A stretch of DNA of 62,000 nt from Chiloscyllium plagiosum. Lineage: Eukaryota. This document shows positions 23,906 through 36,681 of this stretch, piece after piece. The first letter of the stretch is position 1. Each line of letters opens with the position of its first letter. The notes beneath the pieces are model-generated. The model did not search any database. It was not told the origin of the DNA and saw nothing but the letters and a program-made list of their open reading frames with translations. The stretch lies in the NCBI RefSeq assembly GCF_004010195.1, contig NC_057751.1:2515286-2577285 (forward strand). The letters are read 5' to 3'. A program made the translations under genes and the position numbers.

Positions 23906-24059
23906 TAATGTTGTCTCCAAAGGACAGGCCAGCTGTAAGAACTCAATGCTTAAGAACAGAAGTGATACTTAATGATGAGTCGTTATTTATGAGCATAATT
24001 TATGAGCTCTTTTGTCATGGCAGAAAAATGTAACTGTGGATTTAACTGATTGGCACATT

Positions 24060-25160
24060 TACATTGTACATCGAACAGCATAGCACTGAAATAGGCCTTT
24101 CAGCCCACCATGTCTTTGCGGACCATGGTGCTGTTCTCAACTATTCCCATCTATCGGCACATGATCTGAATCCATCTATTCTCTGCCTGTTCATGTCTCT
24201 ATCTAGATGTGTGATGAAGATGTGGGTGCACTGTACCTTGAAGAGAGTTAGAACGACCTGACAGTACCAAGTGTTCTGAATAAGGTAGCAATGTAACACT
24301 TAGTCGAAAGTTAGATTAGCTGGTTGCCAGGAAACAACAAAACAGATTTGAATTAGGCCAATCAGTTTCAATTATACCTCGTAAAAATACCAAACTCCAG
24401 TCAAGTTTGAATTTAGTATATTGACAACATTAAAAGTCAATGACACAATCCGATGCTTTGGTTATAAGACCAGGGAAAATTGAACAGCTGGGAGGAGAAC
24501 TGCCAAGCCAATGACTCCTGCAGACAGTCCAGAGAATAGCTCTCTTAAAGATACCTTTATCAATCAGTAACCTGTGAAGCATAATCCCTAAGAAGAACAA
24601 AAAAGACACAGGAAGATCCAAATAGAATATTTGACAGCTGGCTAATTTTGACAACTTGAATTTTTGGTAAATCTAAATGGGGGAGGTGGTTATTGGGCTA
24701 GTATTGTAGAAGGGGATTGTAAAAGATAGATTAGAGGAAGGAGTTGTAAATCATTGTTAGTTAATTATTGTCTGTTATACTTTAAGAAATAAAGTTGTTA
24801 CTTTTACTTTTAACTAGTTCTTGACCTCTTGAATTTTCACAGATTACTGCACAGGATAAACCTTTTCTGTGTTGCTAGTTTAAATTGAGCAGAAGGGTTT
24901 ACCCAATGTCGAACAGATGTCTGTTAAAATTTGCTAACATTTCAGTCTCGACCATCTTCCCTGGCAGCATGTTTCAGGCTCCTGCCAAGGTCTGTGTAAA
25001 AGGATTTCCCTGCGCACCTCCTTTATACTTTCCCTTTCCCACCTTAAAACTATGCCTCCTAGTATTTGGTCTTTCCACCCTGGTAAAGAGTTTCCAACTA
25101 TCCACTCTATCGATGCCTCTCATAATTTCATATTCTTCCCTCAGCCTCTGATACTCAAGT
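24060..25160 (-). mobile_element. CR1 3' end split by a solo LTR
   Basis: YEIMRGIDRVDSWKLF...TRRHSFKV; the sequence is continuous once 24210-24919 is removed. Confidence 0.85.
24210..24915 (+). mobile_element. Solo LTR, family B (706 bp), with 4-bp TSD
   Basis: TGTGATG...CGAACA termini; TSD GATG at 24206-24209 and 24916-24919; TATA-like TTATAA near 24462; AATAAA at 24788-24793. Confidence 0.9.
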
Positions 25161-25299
25161 GAAACTTTTGTTGAAGGAGCTGCTTCAACAAAAGCAAAGT
25201 GTGATGACACAGGGGAGCAGGTCGGTAACTGGTGAATAATCTGTCTTTCTTTTTGGGACTGTTTATAGCCTGAAATTTTAACTGTAATTACGCCTTAAG

Positions 25300-26900
25300 A
25301 AAACTGACAGGTAAGGCAGACGAACTCAAGGCATGGGTGGGAACATGGGACAGGAATATCGTCATTATTACAGAAACGTGGCTGAGGGATGGACAGAACT
25401 GGCAGCTCCATGTTCCAGGGTATAGAAGCTATAGGAAGGGTAGAAGGGGAGGGAGGAGAGGAGGGGGAGTCGCATTTTTGATGAGGGAAAATATCTTGTC
25501 AGTACTTAAAGAGAATATTCCTAGGGAGTTGACCAGTAAAGCGACATGTGTAGAACTGAGAAACAAGAAGGGAGTGATCACTTTGATGGGAATGGACTAT
25601 AAGCCTGCTCAATAGTCAGCAGGAAATTGAGGAACAAATATTTAGGGAGATTATCGATAGCTGTAAGAATAATCGGATTGTAGCAGGAGGGGATAATAAC
25701 TTTCCAAACATAGACTGGAACTTCCATAATGTTAAGCGTTTAGATGGTGAGGAATTTGTTAAATGTGTTCAAGAACATTTTTTTTATCAATATGTAGAAT
25801 AACATACAAGAGAAAAAGCTCCCCCACCAACAACTCAGTTACTTACCCTGCTTTGTTCCACAAAAGGAGATTGAGTTTTGCTCCTTCTCTTGTCTGTGCT
25901 TCTACATATTGATAAAGAAAATTTTTGTGAGCACATTTAACAAATTCCTCACCATCCAAGCCGTCTGCTGGGTCCACTGTCGTTTGATGAGAACATAGGA
26001 AGCATGGTTTTCTAAGTTTGCAAATGACATCAAAGTTGTGAAGAAGATTATCTAAAAGTGCAATGGGATTTTGATCAACTGTGCTTGTGGGTCAAGAATG
26101 GCCAAAGGAATTTAATTTAGTGCAACGTGATGCATTTTGGTAAGACTAACCAGGACAGGATTTAAACGGTCAAAGATAGGCCCCTGGGGAATTTGTTTGA
26201 ACAGGGAGACTGAAATGTGTATGTACATAGTTCCTTGCAATTGGCATCACAGGTAGAAAGGATGGTAAAGAAAGTGTTGGGCATGCATGCCTTCAATGGT
26301 CAGAGCATTGAGTACAGGAGTTGGGACATTGTGTTACAGCTGTACAAGACATTGGTTAGGCCACAGATGGATTACTGCTCGCAGTTCTTCTTGCCTTGCT
26401 ATAAGAAGAGCATTAAAAAAATGCACAAAAGATTTACCAGGATTTTACTAAAACTGGAGAGTTTGAGCTATAAGGACAGGCTAGATAGACTGGGGCTGGG
26501 GCATTTTCCCTGGAGCTTAAATGACTGAGGAGTGGCCTGATAGAGATCTATAAAATCATGAGAGGCATAAATAAGGTAAATTGCCACAGTCTTTTCCCTG
26601 GAGTTGGGGAGTTCAAAATGAGAGGGCATAACTTTAAGGTGAGAGGAGAAAAATATAAAAGAGACCCGAGGGGCAGTGTTTTTACACAGAGTGGTTCATG
26701 TGTAAAACTGATGGAGAAAGTGGTGGTTGCAGATAGTTACAGTATTTAAATGACATTTGGACAGCGACATGAATAGGAAGGGTTGAGAGGAATACAGACC
26801 AACAGCAGGCAAATGAGACTAATTCAGCTGAGGAAACCTGGTCACTATGGATGAGTGGGCTGAAGGGTCTGTTTCTGTGGTATATGATTCTATGACTCTA
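25300..26900 (+). mobile_element. CR1 ORF2 pieces: endonuclease (25300-25820) and RT C-terminus with 3' end (25980-26900)
   Basis: IITETWL...YRSYRKGR...RGGGVAFL; LYKTLVRPQMDYC; MRGHNFKVRGE; TTCTATGACTCTAT tail. Confidence 0.88.
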
Positions 26901-26999
26901 TTTTCCTTGTTTCATTTTCAGTAAGCGTAAAATGCAAAGGTCCATATTTGGAATATTGGGAAATGTGAAAGGGGATCAGAACCATGATTTGCACTCCAT

Positions 27000-27710
27000 G
27001 TATGATGTAAAAAATTCTCAACACTTATGACTGTCGAAATGCACGAGGTGGAGTGATTCACACTCAAACATTTAGAGCTTGAGCAGGAGCAAAGGGTACT
27101 ACGATGGATCCATCATCTGGAAGGTCCATGGGTTGCATGTTTCATGATTTGGTCACCCCACAGCTTTAGCAAGTGAAAACAGAGGTTATGGGTGACGGAG
27201 AAAGGGAACTAAATAGGTAATAAGGAATCCCCAAAGTGCGTACAGTTCACAAATAATTTTTTCAGCTCTGGGAGACAGTTATGGTGACAGTTCCACTGTG
27301 GTGGTCCAGCCGCCGAACAGTGCAGGAAGAAGTGTGGGGAGGCAATAGTAGGAGGGGATTTATAAGTGATGGGGATAAACAGGTGTTCTTGCAGCCGTAA
27401 ACATGTCTTGAAGATGCTACCTTCCGGGTGCCAGGTTGAAAGACGTCACACAATGACTGCAGGGCATTCTGAAGTGAGGTTCTGAAACCTGAGATTGTGG
27501 TTCATGTTGGAACCAGTGACAGAAGATGAATGAGCAAATTTTAGAGGATTGAAAAGCAGGACTTCAAAGAGAGTAATCTCTAGATGAGTGGTGAGAATAA
27601 GAAGAGCATGATAGACGGGGTCTATTTGTGGTTGGCGATATGGTGCAGGAGGGAAGGCTTTTAATTCCTGAGGCATTGGGACTGTGGGACACCACAATAG
27701 TGTAGCATTG
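27000..27710 (+). mobile_element. CR1 ORF1 esterase (SGNH-like) remnant
   Basis: Frameshifted AIVGGD..., PGARLKDV, EIVVHVGTSD and WCRREGF*FLRHWD, matching the GDS/PGA/HVGTND blocks of CR1 ORF1. Confidence 0.75.
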
Positions 27711-27734
27711 AGGAGGGATATATTTTTGGAAGGG

Positions 27735-28449
27735 TCATCAAATGAGCCGATGTGAATGGAGCAGTGCAGGAGGATGCTTCAGACAGCTCATCTGTTCCAT
27801 CCATTTCCTTTTCCTTCTTAAAATTTTTTTCTTCTCGTTTGTGTTTTTCATTCTTCTTCTCATTTCTTTCTTCTCCTGGCCATGGATTCCTGCAACAGAA
27901 CCCCACTCTCAGACTCAGTGCAGGCATAGCGTGGCGGCCTCCCAGTCCAAGCTCTGGCTTGGTGTGGTGGCATCCCAGTCTGTCATGGCCGTATTTCGGT
28001 CCTTGTGGCAGTTTCTTGGCCTGATGTGGTAATCCCTCAGTGACCCGGCGTAGCGGTATCAGCTCAGCTTGGTGATCTTTTGGCAGTGTCTCGGCCTGGT
28101 GTGGTGTCAGCATGGACTTCTGGTCTCAAGATGATTCCTCAACGTGTGGTCCCACCATGGCTAAGCACTTAAGAAAGACTTTGATGTTTGAACTTTCAGC
28201 TTGATTTCTTTATGTTCAACTTCAAACTAAGAAGGTCTGCAATGTGTAACTTCTAACCTTATTTTATATGTTTTATGCTGTACTATAAATAATGCTGTGT
28301 TTAACTTTTAATTTTCTTCTTTCTTTCTACCTTGTTCCTAAGATTCTGTGCATAGGTACTTGAACATAAGAAGGCGCCTTGTGTGGCAATATGACACGTT
28401 TTTCACTACTTTTGTACATGAGGATACCTGACAATAAAATAAAATCAAC
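27735..28449 (+). mobile_element. Non-autonomous ~700-bp element with a Rex/Babar-like 3' tail
   Basis: Shares AGCTCATCTG(T/C)TCCATC plus a pyrimidine tract (5') and TTTTCACT...GACAATAAA (3') with 34512-35472. Confidence 0.6.
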
Positions 28450-28499
28450 TTTATGGCAATCAAATTAATGGAAGTAAACATATAATGGGACAAGCTTGC

Positions 28500-29375
28500 T
28501 GTTGGGTGTATACTGGAAGCCTCAAAACAGTCAGACACAGAATTGGAGGATCAAATGTGTAATCAAATTTCAGAGAAGTGTAAGAATAAAAAGGCAATCA
28601 CAGTGAGGGATTTTACTCCCCATACATTAGCCAAGATAATGAAGAAGGGGGAAAATGGTCGGTGTATCATATGGGAGATGGTAGAGTTGGTGTCTATAAC
28701 TCAGTTAGATTTAGAGCAGATATGGAAAAGGCTAAAAATCTTAAACTGAGTAAAGACTTAATTTCCTATAAGATACAATTTGGCTGAAGTGAACTGGGAG
28801 CAGCAACATTTACAGAAAATTATGTCACAGCAGTGGAAGACAAGGAGGAAGTAACGAGAGTATAGGTCAGATAGGTTCACTCAAAGTCAAGGGGTGGGAC
28901 CAAGGTCAGAGAACCCTCGAAGACTAGGGACATAAAAAAGGAATCTGAGACAGACACAAAATGTTCAATAATGCAGAGTTCTGAGAGGAGTGTGAAAGTT
29001 TCAGGGGAGAGCATAAAAAGTAACGTTGGAAGGCTAAGCAAATGCGAGAGAAAGCATTGGCAGGTAGAGTGAAGGGAAACCCAAAGGAGTCTTAAAAATA
29101 TACATAAGAATAAGAGAATAATTTTGGAAAGAGTTAGGCCCAATAATGGAGCCTAGAGATAATCTCTATATCTGGACCCAAACAAAATGGGCACAATCCT
29201 TAATGAACACTTTGTGTCAGTCTTCACATTGGAAAAGGGTGATGCAGGTTTGGGCAATAACACATCAGGTATGCACATTAAACAGAGATAGAGTAGGCAC
29301 TAGTAAGCTTAGCAATCTTGAAATTGGATGAATCTGCAGGCTGAAGCAAGATGTATCCCAAGCTGTTGAGGGAGA
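28500..29375 (+). mobile_element. Old CR1 ORF2 endonuclease/linker remnant
   Basis: EKCKNKKAITVRDF and KGNPKESLKIHKNKR-type remnants, downstream of the ORF1 piece. Confidence 0.65.
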
Positions 29376-30731
29376 AAATTACATATTTTATGTAGCTTTC
29401 AGTCACCAGTAATGAAAATTTTTATCCTGAGTGTTGAAATACGTAAGGATCTTTCAATAGGCACATGTACCCTGTTATATTTCCTACATTCCAACAGGAG
29501 CTGCACTTTGACAAGGGTACATAAGTTCATAAACATTTGAGCAAGTTTTGAGCTTGTCGAAGATCCCATACAGATTGCAAGCACTTCTTTGTTCTTATTG
29601 TCTCACACTCTGTTTGATGACACTGTGAAGGTAGTTCCCTATATAGGTATTGTCAAATGAAGCATTGCAAGCACAGTGGTATAGATGATGGCAAATTCAC
29701 GGAGCAGGCGGTCACTGTATTCTATCTTTTAATCTATTCATGTGGTGTGTGCTTTACTGGCTTGGTCAGGTTGGTTTTGCAACCTGTCCCAATAATCCAT
29801 CCCTTACACGAAAGAAAGATTACAATAAATCTGTAGTGCAATGCTTCTAACCTCTTGCACTCCAGTAATTGTATTATTGTCATCAGATCATATTAAAAAA
29901 TGAAGAAAGTCATGGTCCAACATGAAGAGAAACAAATGGACAACGTGTTCTTCTCTGTCTTTCCACGGTTTATTAGTGGATGACATGCACATCAGCAAAT
30001 GTAATTTATTTTTGATTCTTTCTCAAATGTGAGCATGCCTGGCAATGCATAAGCCAGTTTGGAATCATTTCTGTGTCAAACAAAATCAATGTAACTAAAT
30101 TCCAGTGATCAGAAATTGAACAACTTACAGACATGTGATTCTTTTCCCCAGAAGCTTTCTACCAAACTCTTTGTGAGTTAATATGATGTTGTCCAGCTTT
30201 TCTGAACTCCCAAATTATTATTTCTATCAGAAACATAGCACAAACAATCTGCTAATGTTATTTAGCAAGTCAAGTAACTCCTGTGGAGCAAAAATAGAGT
30301 TAATGTTCAGGACAATGTCCTGTCATTACATCACAGTCCAATACAGCACCAAATGAGGCTATTCAGCTCAATATGTCTGCATTGCTCTTTGCAGAGGTGT
30401 ATTCCATTATATTGCATTTCATGCCCCTACATATTTACTAGGAGAAAGTGAGGACTGCAGATGCTGGAGATCAGAGCTGAAAATGTGTTGCTGGAAAAGC
30501 GCAGCAGGTCAGGCAGCATCCAAGGAGCAGGAGAATCGATGTTTCGGGCATGAGCCCTTCTTCAGGAATGAGGAAAGCGTGCCAAGCAGGCTAAGATAAA
30601 AGGTAGGGAGGAGGGACTTGGGGGAGGGGCGTTGGAAATGCGGAGGTTAAGGTGAGGGCGATAAGGTGAGGGTGATAGGCCGGAGTGGGGGTGGGTGGAG
30701 AGGTCAGGAAGAAGATTGCAGGTTAGGAAGG

Positions 30732-31285
30732 NNNNNNNNNNNNNNNNNNNNNNNNNNNNNNNNNNNNNNNNNNNNNNNNNNNNNNNNNNNNNNNNNNNNN
30801 NNNNNNNNNNNNNNNNNNNNNNNNNNNNNNNNNNNNNNNNNNNNNNNNNNNNNNNNNNNNNNNNNNNNNNNNNNNNNNNNNNNNNNNNNNNNNNNNNNNN
30901 NNNNNNNNNNNNNNNNNNNNNNNNNNNNNNNNNNNNNNNNNNNNNNNNNNNNNNNNNNNNNNNNNNNNNNNNNNNNNNNNNNNNNNNNNNNNNNNNNNNN
31001 NNNNNNNNNNNNNNNNNNNNNNNNNNNNNNNNNNNNNNNNNNNNNNNNNNNNNNNNNNNNNNNNNNNNNNNNNNNNNNNNNNNNNNNNNNNNNNNNNNNN
31101 NNNNNNNNNNNNNNNNNNNNNNNNNNNNNNNNNNNNNNNNNNNNNNNNNNNNNNNNNNNNNNNNNNNNNNNNNNNNNNNNNNNNNNNNNNNNNNNNNNNN
31201 NNNNNNNNNNNNNNNNNNNNNNNNNNNNNNNNNNNNNNNNNNNNNNNNNNNNNNNNNNNNNNNNNNNNNNNNNNNNNNNNNNNNN
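30732..31285. other. Assembly gap (N run)
   Basis: 554 consecutive N. Confidence 1.
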
Positions 31286-31698
31286 GACCAACCAACCCAA
31301 CCACCCCGTGGTTCAACACTTCAACTCCCCCTCCCACTCCACCAAGGACATGCAGGTCCTTGGACTCCTCCATCGCCAGACCATAGCAACAAGACGACTG
31401 GAGGAAGAGCGCCTCATCTTCCACCAGCAACCCTCCAACCACAAGGGATGAACTCAGATTTCTCCAGTTTCCTCATTTCCCCTCCCCCCACCTTGTCTCA
31501 GTCCCAACCCTCGAACTCAGCACCACCTTCCTCACCTGCAATCTTCTTCCTGACCTCTCCGCCCCATCCCACTCTGGCCTATCACCCTCACCTTATCACC
31601 CTCACCTTGACCTCCTTCCATCTATCACATTTCCAACGCCCCTCCCCCAAGTCCCTCGTCCCTACCTTTTATCTTAGCCTACTGGACACACTTTCCTC

Positions 31699-31734
31699 AT
31701 TCCTGAAGAAGGGCTCATGCCCGAAACGTCGATT
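31699..31734 (+). ncRNA. Minimal hammerhead motif with intact core (mirror copy at 30533-30570, minus strand)
   Basis: AUUC-CUGAAGA-A-GGGC-UCAU-GCCC-GAAA-CG-UC-GAUU; stem I is weak (one U-U mismatch). Confidence 0.75.
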
Positions 31735-31842
31735 CTCCTGTTCCTTGGATGCTGCCTGACCTGCTGCGCTTTTCCAGCAACCCATTTTTAGCCCTACATA
31801 TTTACCACCATAAAGAGTTTATCCCATTCAGTTTTCAGAATC

Positions 31843-32150
31843 AAAAACTCAGGAGCTCTGTCAGCATATGTAGAAATAAAGCAGAGTTAACATCATGAGT
31901 TCGGTGACTCTTCATCAGAACGGAATAAAAACTGAAAGAACTGCAGATGCTGTAAATCAGTCACAAAAACAAAAGTTGCTGCAAAAGCTCAGCAGGTCTG
32001 GCAGCATCTGGCAGAGAAATCAGAGTTAATGTTTCAGAGTTCTGAGGAAGAGTCACTCGACCAGGAATGTTTTCCAGCAATTTCTATTGTTGCTTCATGA
32101 CAACAGGTTTGTTTTGTTTTAAATATCCAGCATCTGCAGTTGTTTGTTTT
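31843..32150. mobile_element. Cluster of short PLE pLTR ends, including a second palindromic mini-element (31925-32150)
   Basis: CTGCAGATGCTG...AAGCTCAGCAGGTCTGGCAGCATC and the inverted CCAGCATCTGCAG; HHR-like TTCTGAGGAAGAGTCACTCGAC near 32040. Confidence 0.75.
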
Positions 32151-34511
32151 AGTATATTGTTCCGTTTTCAGGTTAATACCAGATATGATAGGCACTTGTT
32201 TGGGGATGGGCGGGTGGTGCATGTGATAACTAATATCCCACACAACAATTCCTTGCAGTAAATTGGGCTAGGCCACCCAGTTCAGGTGGACTTCCCATAC
32301 TGTAGGGAAAAATAACAGCAGAATAGATCTACTCCTTTGGCCAAACTTCGCATCCTACTGTAAGGTGCAGAATCCAGAGTTTGTATAAGCTTTGGAACTC
32401 TTGGACACTTGAAAATCATCATGAGAATTTATCACAAAGAAGGTCCTTAATTGTATTGGACTCAACAGCAGTAAGCTCAGTCTTCAGAAAGCTGAAGCGG
32501 ACCATGTCTTCTACCTGGATGACTGCAGAATCCCCAGGCAGATTCTCAGTAGAAAACTCTTAACATCATGAGGGTCTGTACAAATGTCACAAGAAAACCC
32601 AAAAAGAAACTTCACAAAATTTTGTATTGCAGGCCAACACACATGAGAAAAAATGCAGCTTATTTGGAGGCAGGTACTGAAATATGGTTCAATATATTTC
32701 AAGGACTGTAAGTCAAAGTTGCATATGCAATGTACCCAGAAAAAGGTGCAATGCAGCTTTAGAAGTTCAGGGACCAACAGTGGCCATATGACCTGTCAGT
32801 TTGTGCTTTTCAGTCATTGGAGGACCCTCAGAAGGAGAGTGACTGAAAGCTTGGCCACAATTTACCAACATTCAATTCCCTTTTGAAATTTACTTGCAAA
32901 TCTATTTTCACTGTCCTTTCAGATGGCCCATTTCAAATCATTCCCTCATCTCACCTTAAGCCAATTACCTTCAACCTCTGTCCTCTCGTTACTTCCCCTT
33001 TAATGACAGGAAACAGTATCTTTGTTTTTAACTCAAAATCCTTTATGATTTTTAACACCCCTCTGCAATCTCTCCACAACCTTCTCTGATTTGAAGGAAA
33101 ATGACTCCAGTTTCCCTCCACTCACCAGATTGGCTGAGGGTTATCCAGCATGTTCTGTTGTGATGAAATATCCAGGTGTCTTGAGGATTTTCCTTTCAGT
33201 TTGCTAATGTTTTGGTAGCCTGAGGTACCATGTTATCCAAGACACAGAATGGTCTTTTTCATTGCACACTGCTGAAGTGCTGTGAGTCTGTCACTACACT
33301 CCCATTCATTGTTACTGTCAGGCAGAAACGCTTTATGAGCAATCCTGTTTAGCCCTGTTTCTTCAGCACTGCCAAAGGACATGTGAGAAGACTGAAGAGC
33401 AAACAAGAATGAGAGCTTTGGTGATTGAATCAGAAATAGATATTTGTCATCTGACAATTCTTGTGTGTAATGAAGTGCATTGCTGCCTCAATAAGAAAGA
33501 GGGATTTTAGCCATCGCTTAGATATTTGATACTGTCTTACTTTCCGAATGGTCTTCATCTGGCACAGCAGTAGTTCTGGATTAATTCTAATTTTGTAAAT
33601 CTTCAAGCCATGATCTGAAATTCACAATAGTGGCAGGTCTCAGACCACTTCAAATGCTCCGTATCTGTCATTTGCTCACAGTATTAACATTTAGAACACG
33701 CTGATGGTCAGATTGTAACAGAAGAACAGAAAATATGTGTTGTCAATCAGGGTGAGTTGACACTGAAGCAGTGAAATTTTACTTCATAGCATCATGGGGT
33801 CATTCTGAGTTGAGTGTCAATGTAGAGGTGCAACATCAATTCAGCATTCTCCATCTAACCTGATGTCCAGTTCATCAACAAGTTACATTTATTCAGCATA
33901 TCCAATGTCCCAAGGCAGAAGCTTTGTACACCTAAATTTGACCCGAACCCAGAGAAGGAGACCAAATGCTTGGTTAAAGAAGCAGGTCCAGTCTGTTGCT
34001 ATTTTTACCCACAGTAGGGGATGCCCATGCCATCTGGGTAGCCCAGCAGCATTTACTGCAGGTGGCGGCCATCACAGCTATCACTCACCCACCCTCAAAT
34101 AAGATCTCAGACCCATTTTTAACCTTCTCTGTATGGCCTATCAAACTTAACTGTCTCCCAATCCCCAATCTCACCCTATTTGCTAAGTCTGCTCACCAGG
34201 CCTAGTCAGTACCCCAGATATGAATGGAAGATTGGAACTACACCTTCCTCTTGTTCTGAAATTGCCAGTCGTGTCCACTGCGAGAATATGGGGCTGTTGG
34301 AACCTCAGAGCTGCCAACTAATCAGATTTCCTGGCAGCTCTTGAATGCAGGACTTCCTCCCTGGCTAGCTGCAAATCCCATCGGAACGCAGTTAACATGC
34401 TTCTGGTGTAAAATAGGTGCTGCACAGTTGGCTTTTTGATGACCAAGCTGCTTCAGTATTCATGCTCTGACCTGGCAATGTGCCCTCAGTATGGACCATC
34501 CAACTCTCCTC

Positions 34512-35472
34512 GATGGTGGCAACGTGGCAGCATAGTTTACGACTTCCTCCCTAGAGCTCATCTGCTCCATCTGTTTTTACTTTAATTTTCCTTCCTCATG
34601 GCTTCTTCTTACTTTAATCTACTTACCTTCTGTGGAGAGATCAAGCCAGTGCTCAAGGGGACAGTGAGAGAGTACGGGGAGAGCAAGCCCATCACGGGAA
34701 AGAATGAGCCCAGCATGTCAGCAATGGATTTGATTTATCATCGTCACATGTAGCTGAATATAGTGAAAAGGTTTGTTTGCGACCACTACAGGCAGATCAT
34801 AGTAAGCAAGGACATTGAGATCATAAGGTGCTTAGACAGAGTGAGGCAGACAGGTTACACTGCAGCAGAGGTGTGTGAAGCAAGATCAGCATTATGTGAA
34901 GTGAGAGAGTCCATTTAGCAGTCTAATAATGGCAGGACAGAAGCTATTCGTGAACCTGTTGGTGTGCGTGTTCAAGTTTCTGTGTCTTCTGCATATAGGA
35001 TAGCATTACCGGGGTGGGAGGGATCTTTGATGATTTTTGCAGCTTTTCCATAACAATGAAAAGTGTAAATGAGTCAATAGATGAAAGATTGGCTTCTGTC
35101 ATGATCTGGACTGTACACACAAGCTTCTGTAGACTGTTATTGGGCAGAGCAGTTGCCGTACCAAGCCATTATGTGCCCGGGGTCCCCCAGCATTGCCGGT
35201 GGTGGCAACAGCAGGCAGCCTCATTTTGCCAGGCATCTGCGGCAATGTCGAGCACAGGGAGATCGAGCCCAATGTGGAAAAGATCAAACCCTTGTGTGGG
35301 AGTGCAAGCCCAACATGGCAAATTACTTAAAAGGACTTTATCTCTTTATTTTCCTACTTTATACCTCAGATTTTGTACTGAGGTAACCTTGTACTTAAGA
35401 TGATGCCAGGAACTTTTCACTGTATTCCTGTACCCCTGTACTTGAGTAAATGAGACAATAAAATCTAATTCT
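34512..35472 (+). mobile_element. Second copy of the non-autonomous Rex-tailed element, interrupted
   Basis: Same 5' and 3' blocks as 27735-28449. Confidence 0.55.
34727..35178 (-). mobile_element. Rex1/Babar LINE 3' fragment nested in the previous element
   Basis: Minus-strand AWYGNCSAQ and tail TTTTCACTATATTCAGCTACATGTGACGATGATAAATCAAATC, matching 46517-46958. Confidence 0.8.
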
Positions 35473-35580
35473 AGTTCTAATTTCAATGATGCAGCAATCC
35501 CTCAGTGTTGACCTCTCACAGTATAATTCTCCCTCAGTACTTACTCTCTGATGGTGCAACATTCTGTAAGTACTGACCCG

Positions 35581-36681
35581 AATGCAAAGACTAGAATGGA
35601 CATCCCTTACCACTATACAGCCTAAATTTGAGATCCGCTATGTGGGTGACACCGTTGTTGTTACCAAATGCGCTCAACTGGAAGAAACCCATCAACTCAT
35701 AAACAGCATTCTCACTGGCACAAAATTAACCAAGGGGAAAGAGAACAAGACTTCCCTTCCTGGATGTAATGGCTGAATGCAGGGCCAATTGTGAGTTCCA
35801 GATCAGTGTATACAGGAAGGCCACCCAGACAGATCAACTATGTCAGAAACCATCCCAACAGCTACAAACGGAGCTGCATCAGATTATTGTTCAAGCAAGC
35901 CATAACACAGTGCAGCACTCCAGAACAGCACAAAGCTGAAGAAGAACACCTAAAGGCATCTTCAAACACACTCGTTACCCAAAAAGCCCAATCTGCCGCT
36001 ACCTACACAACAGGAAGATACAACACGTCCAAATACATTGCTCGCACTGCCACACATCAAGGACATATCGAAAATGACCACCAGACTACTCCGACTGCTA
36101 AGTATCATGGTAGCCCACAAACCAACAACTACATTACAACAGCTACTAATAGGTATGAAGGATCCCATATACACAAGTAACAAAACCAACGTTAAATACA
36201 AAATACCACGTGAAGACTGCCACAAACATTACATAGGGCAACCTGGAAGAAAACTAGCCATCAGGGTACAGGATCACCAACTAGCCACCAAGAGACATAA
36301 TCAGCTATCACTTGTATCCATACATGGACAAAGAAGGACGCCAAGTTGACTGGGACAATGTATTCATCCAACGACAAGCCAAGCAAAGATATGCACGGAA
36401 ATTCTTGGAGGCTTGGCATTCAACCTGGAATTCCATTAACAAACATGTAGAGTTTGACCCCATATACCAACCACTGAGAAACAAAACCGGAAATGATGCC
36501 ACCCACCTCAGCAAAGCGGGACACATAAATAGCAAGTGGGGTAGAATACCAACACTTCACCGGAGGCGTACTGATGATGTTACCTGGTGTGGTGATGAAA
36601 CATCTGCAAACTTACTAGCTCAGCGAGCAAGTCATCAACCTCATCCACAACCTGAACTGCAAATCTTCTCAAAAACTTCGC
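35581..36681 (+). mobile_element. Penelope-like element (Poseidon-like), RT C-terminus to GIY-YIG and pLTR, decayed
   Basis: IQPKFEIRYVGDT (YVDD variant), NHPNSYKRSCIRLLFKQA, NVKYKIPREDCHKHYIGQPGRKL and RKFLEAWHS; related to 20934-21619. Confidence 0.92.
36568..36607 (+). ncRNA. Minimal hammerhead motif, near intact
   Basis: GUA-CUGAUGA-U-GUUACC-UGGUGU-GGUGAU-GAAA-CA-UC-UGC; stems I and II pair; stem III is ACAU rather than ACGU, consistent with CpG decay. Confidence 0.75.

Larger units (their letters stand above)
30439..31791. mobile_element. Penelope-like element with inverted pLTR arms, spanning a gap, 14-bp TSD
   Basis: TSD CCCTACATATTTAC at 30425-30438 and 31792-31805; 30476-30731 is the reverse complement of ~31520-31792; GIY-YIG tail VVQHFNSPSHSTKDMQVLGLL on the plus strand. 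Confidence 0.95.

Noticed and set aside
27661..28113. 150-aa minus-strand ORF and overlapping hydrophobic plus-strand ORFs
   Set aside because: They lie within a low-complexity repeat element and show no protein-family motif.
30666..31759. Long ORFs of 198-354 aa (and the 115-175 aa ORFs at 21021-21637)
   Set aside because: Artefacts of translating through N gaps; the real flanks are PLE fragments.
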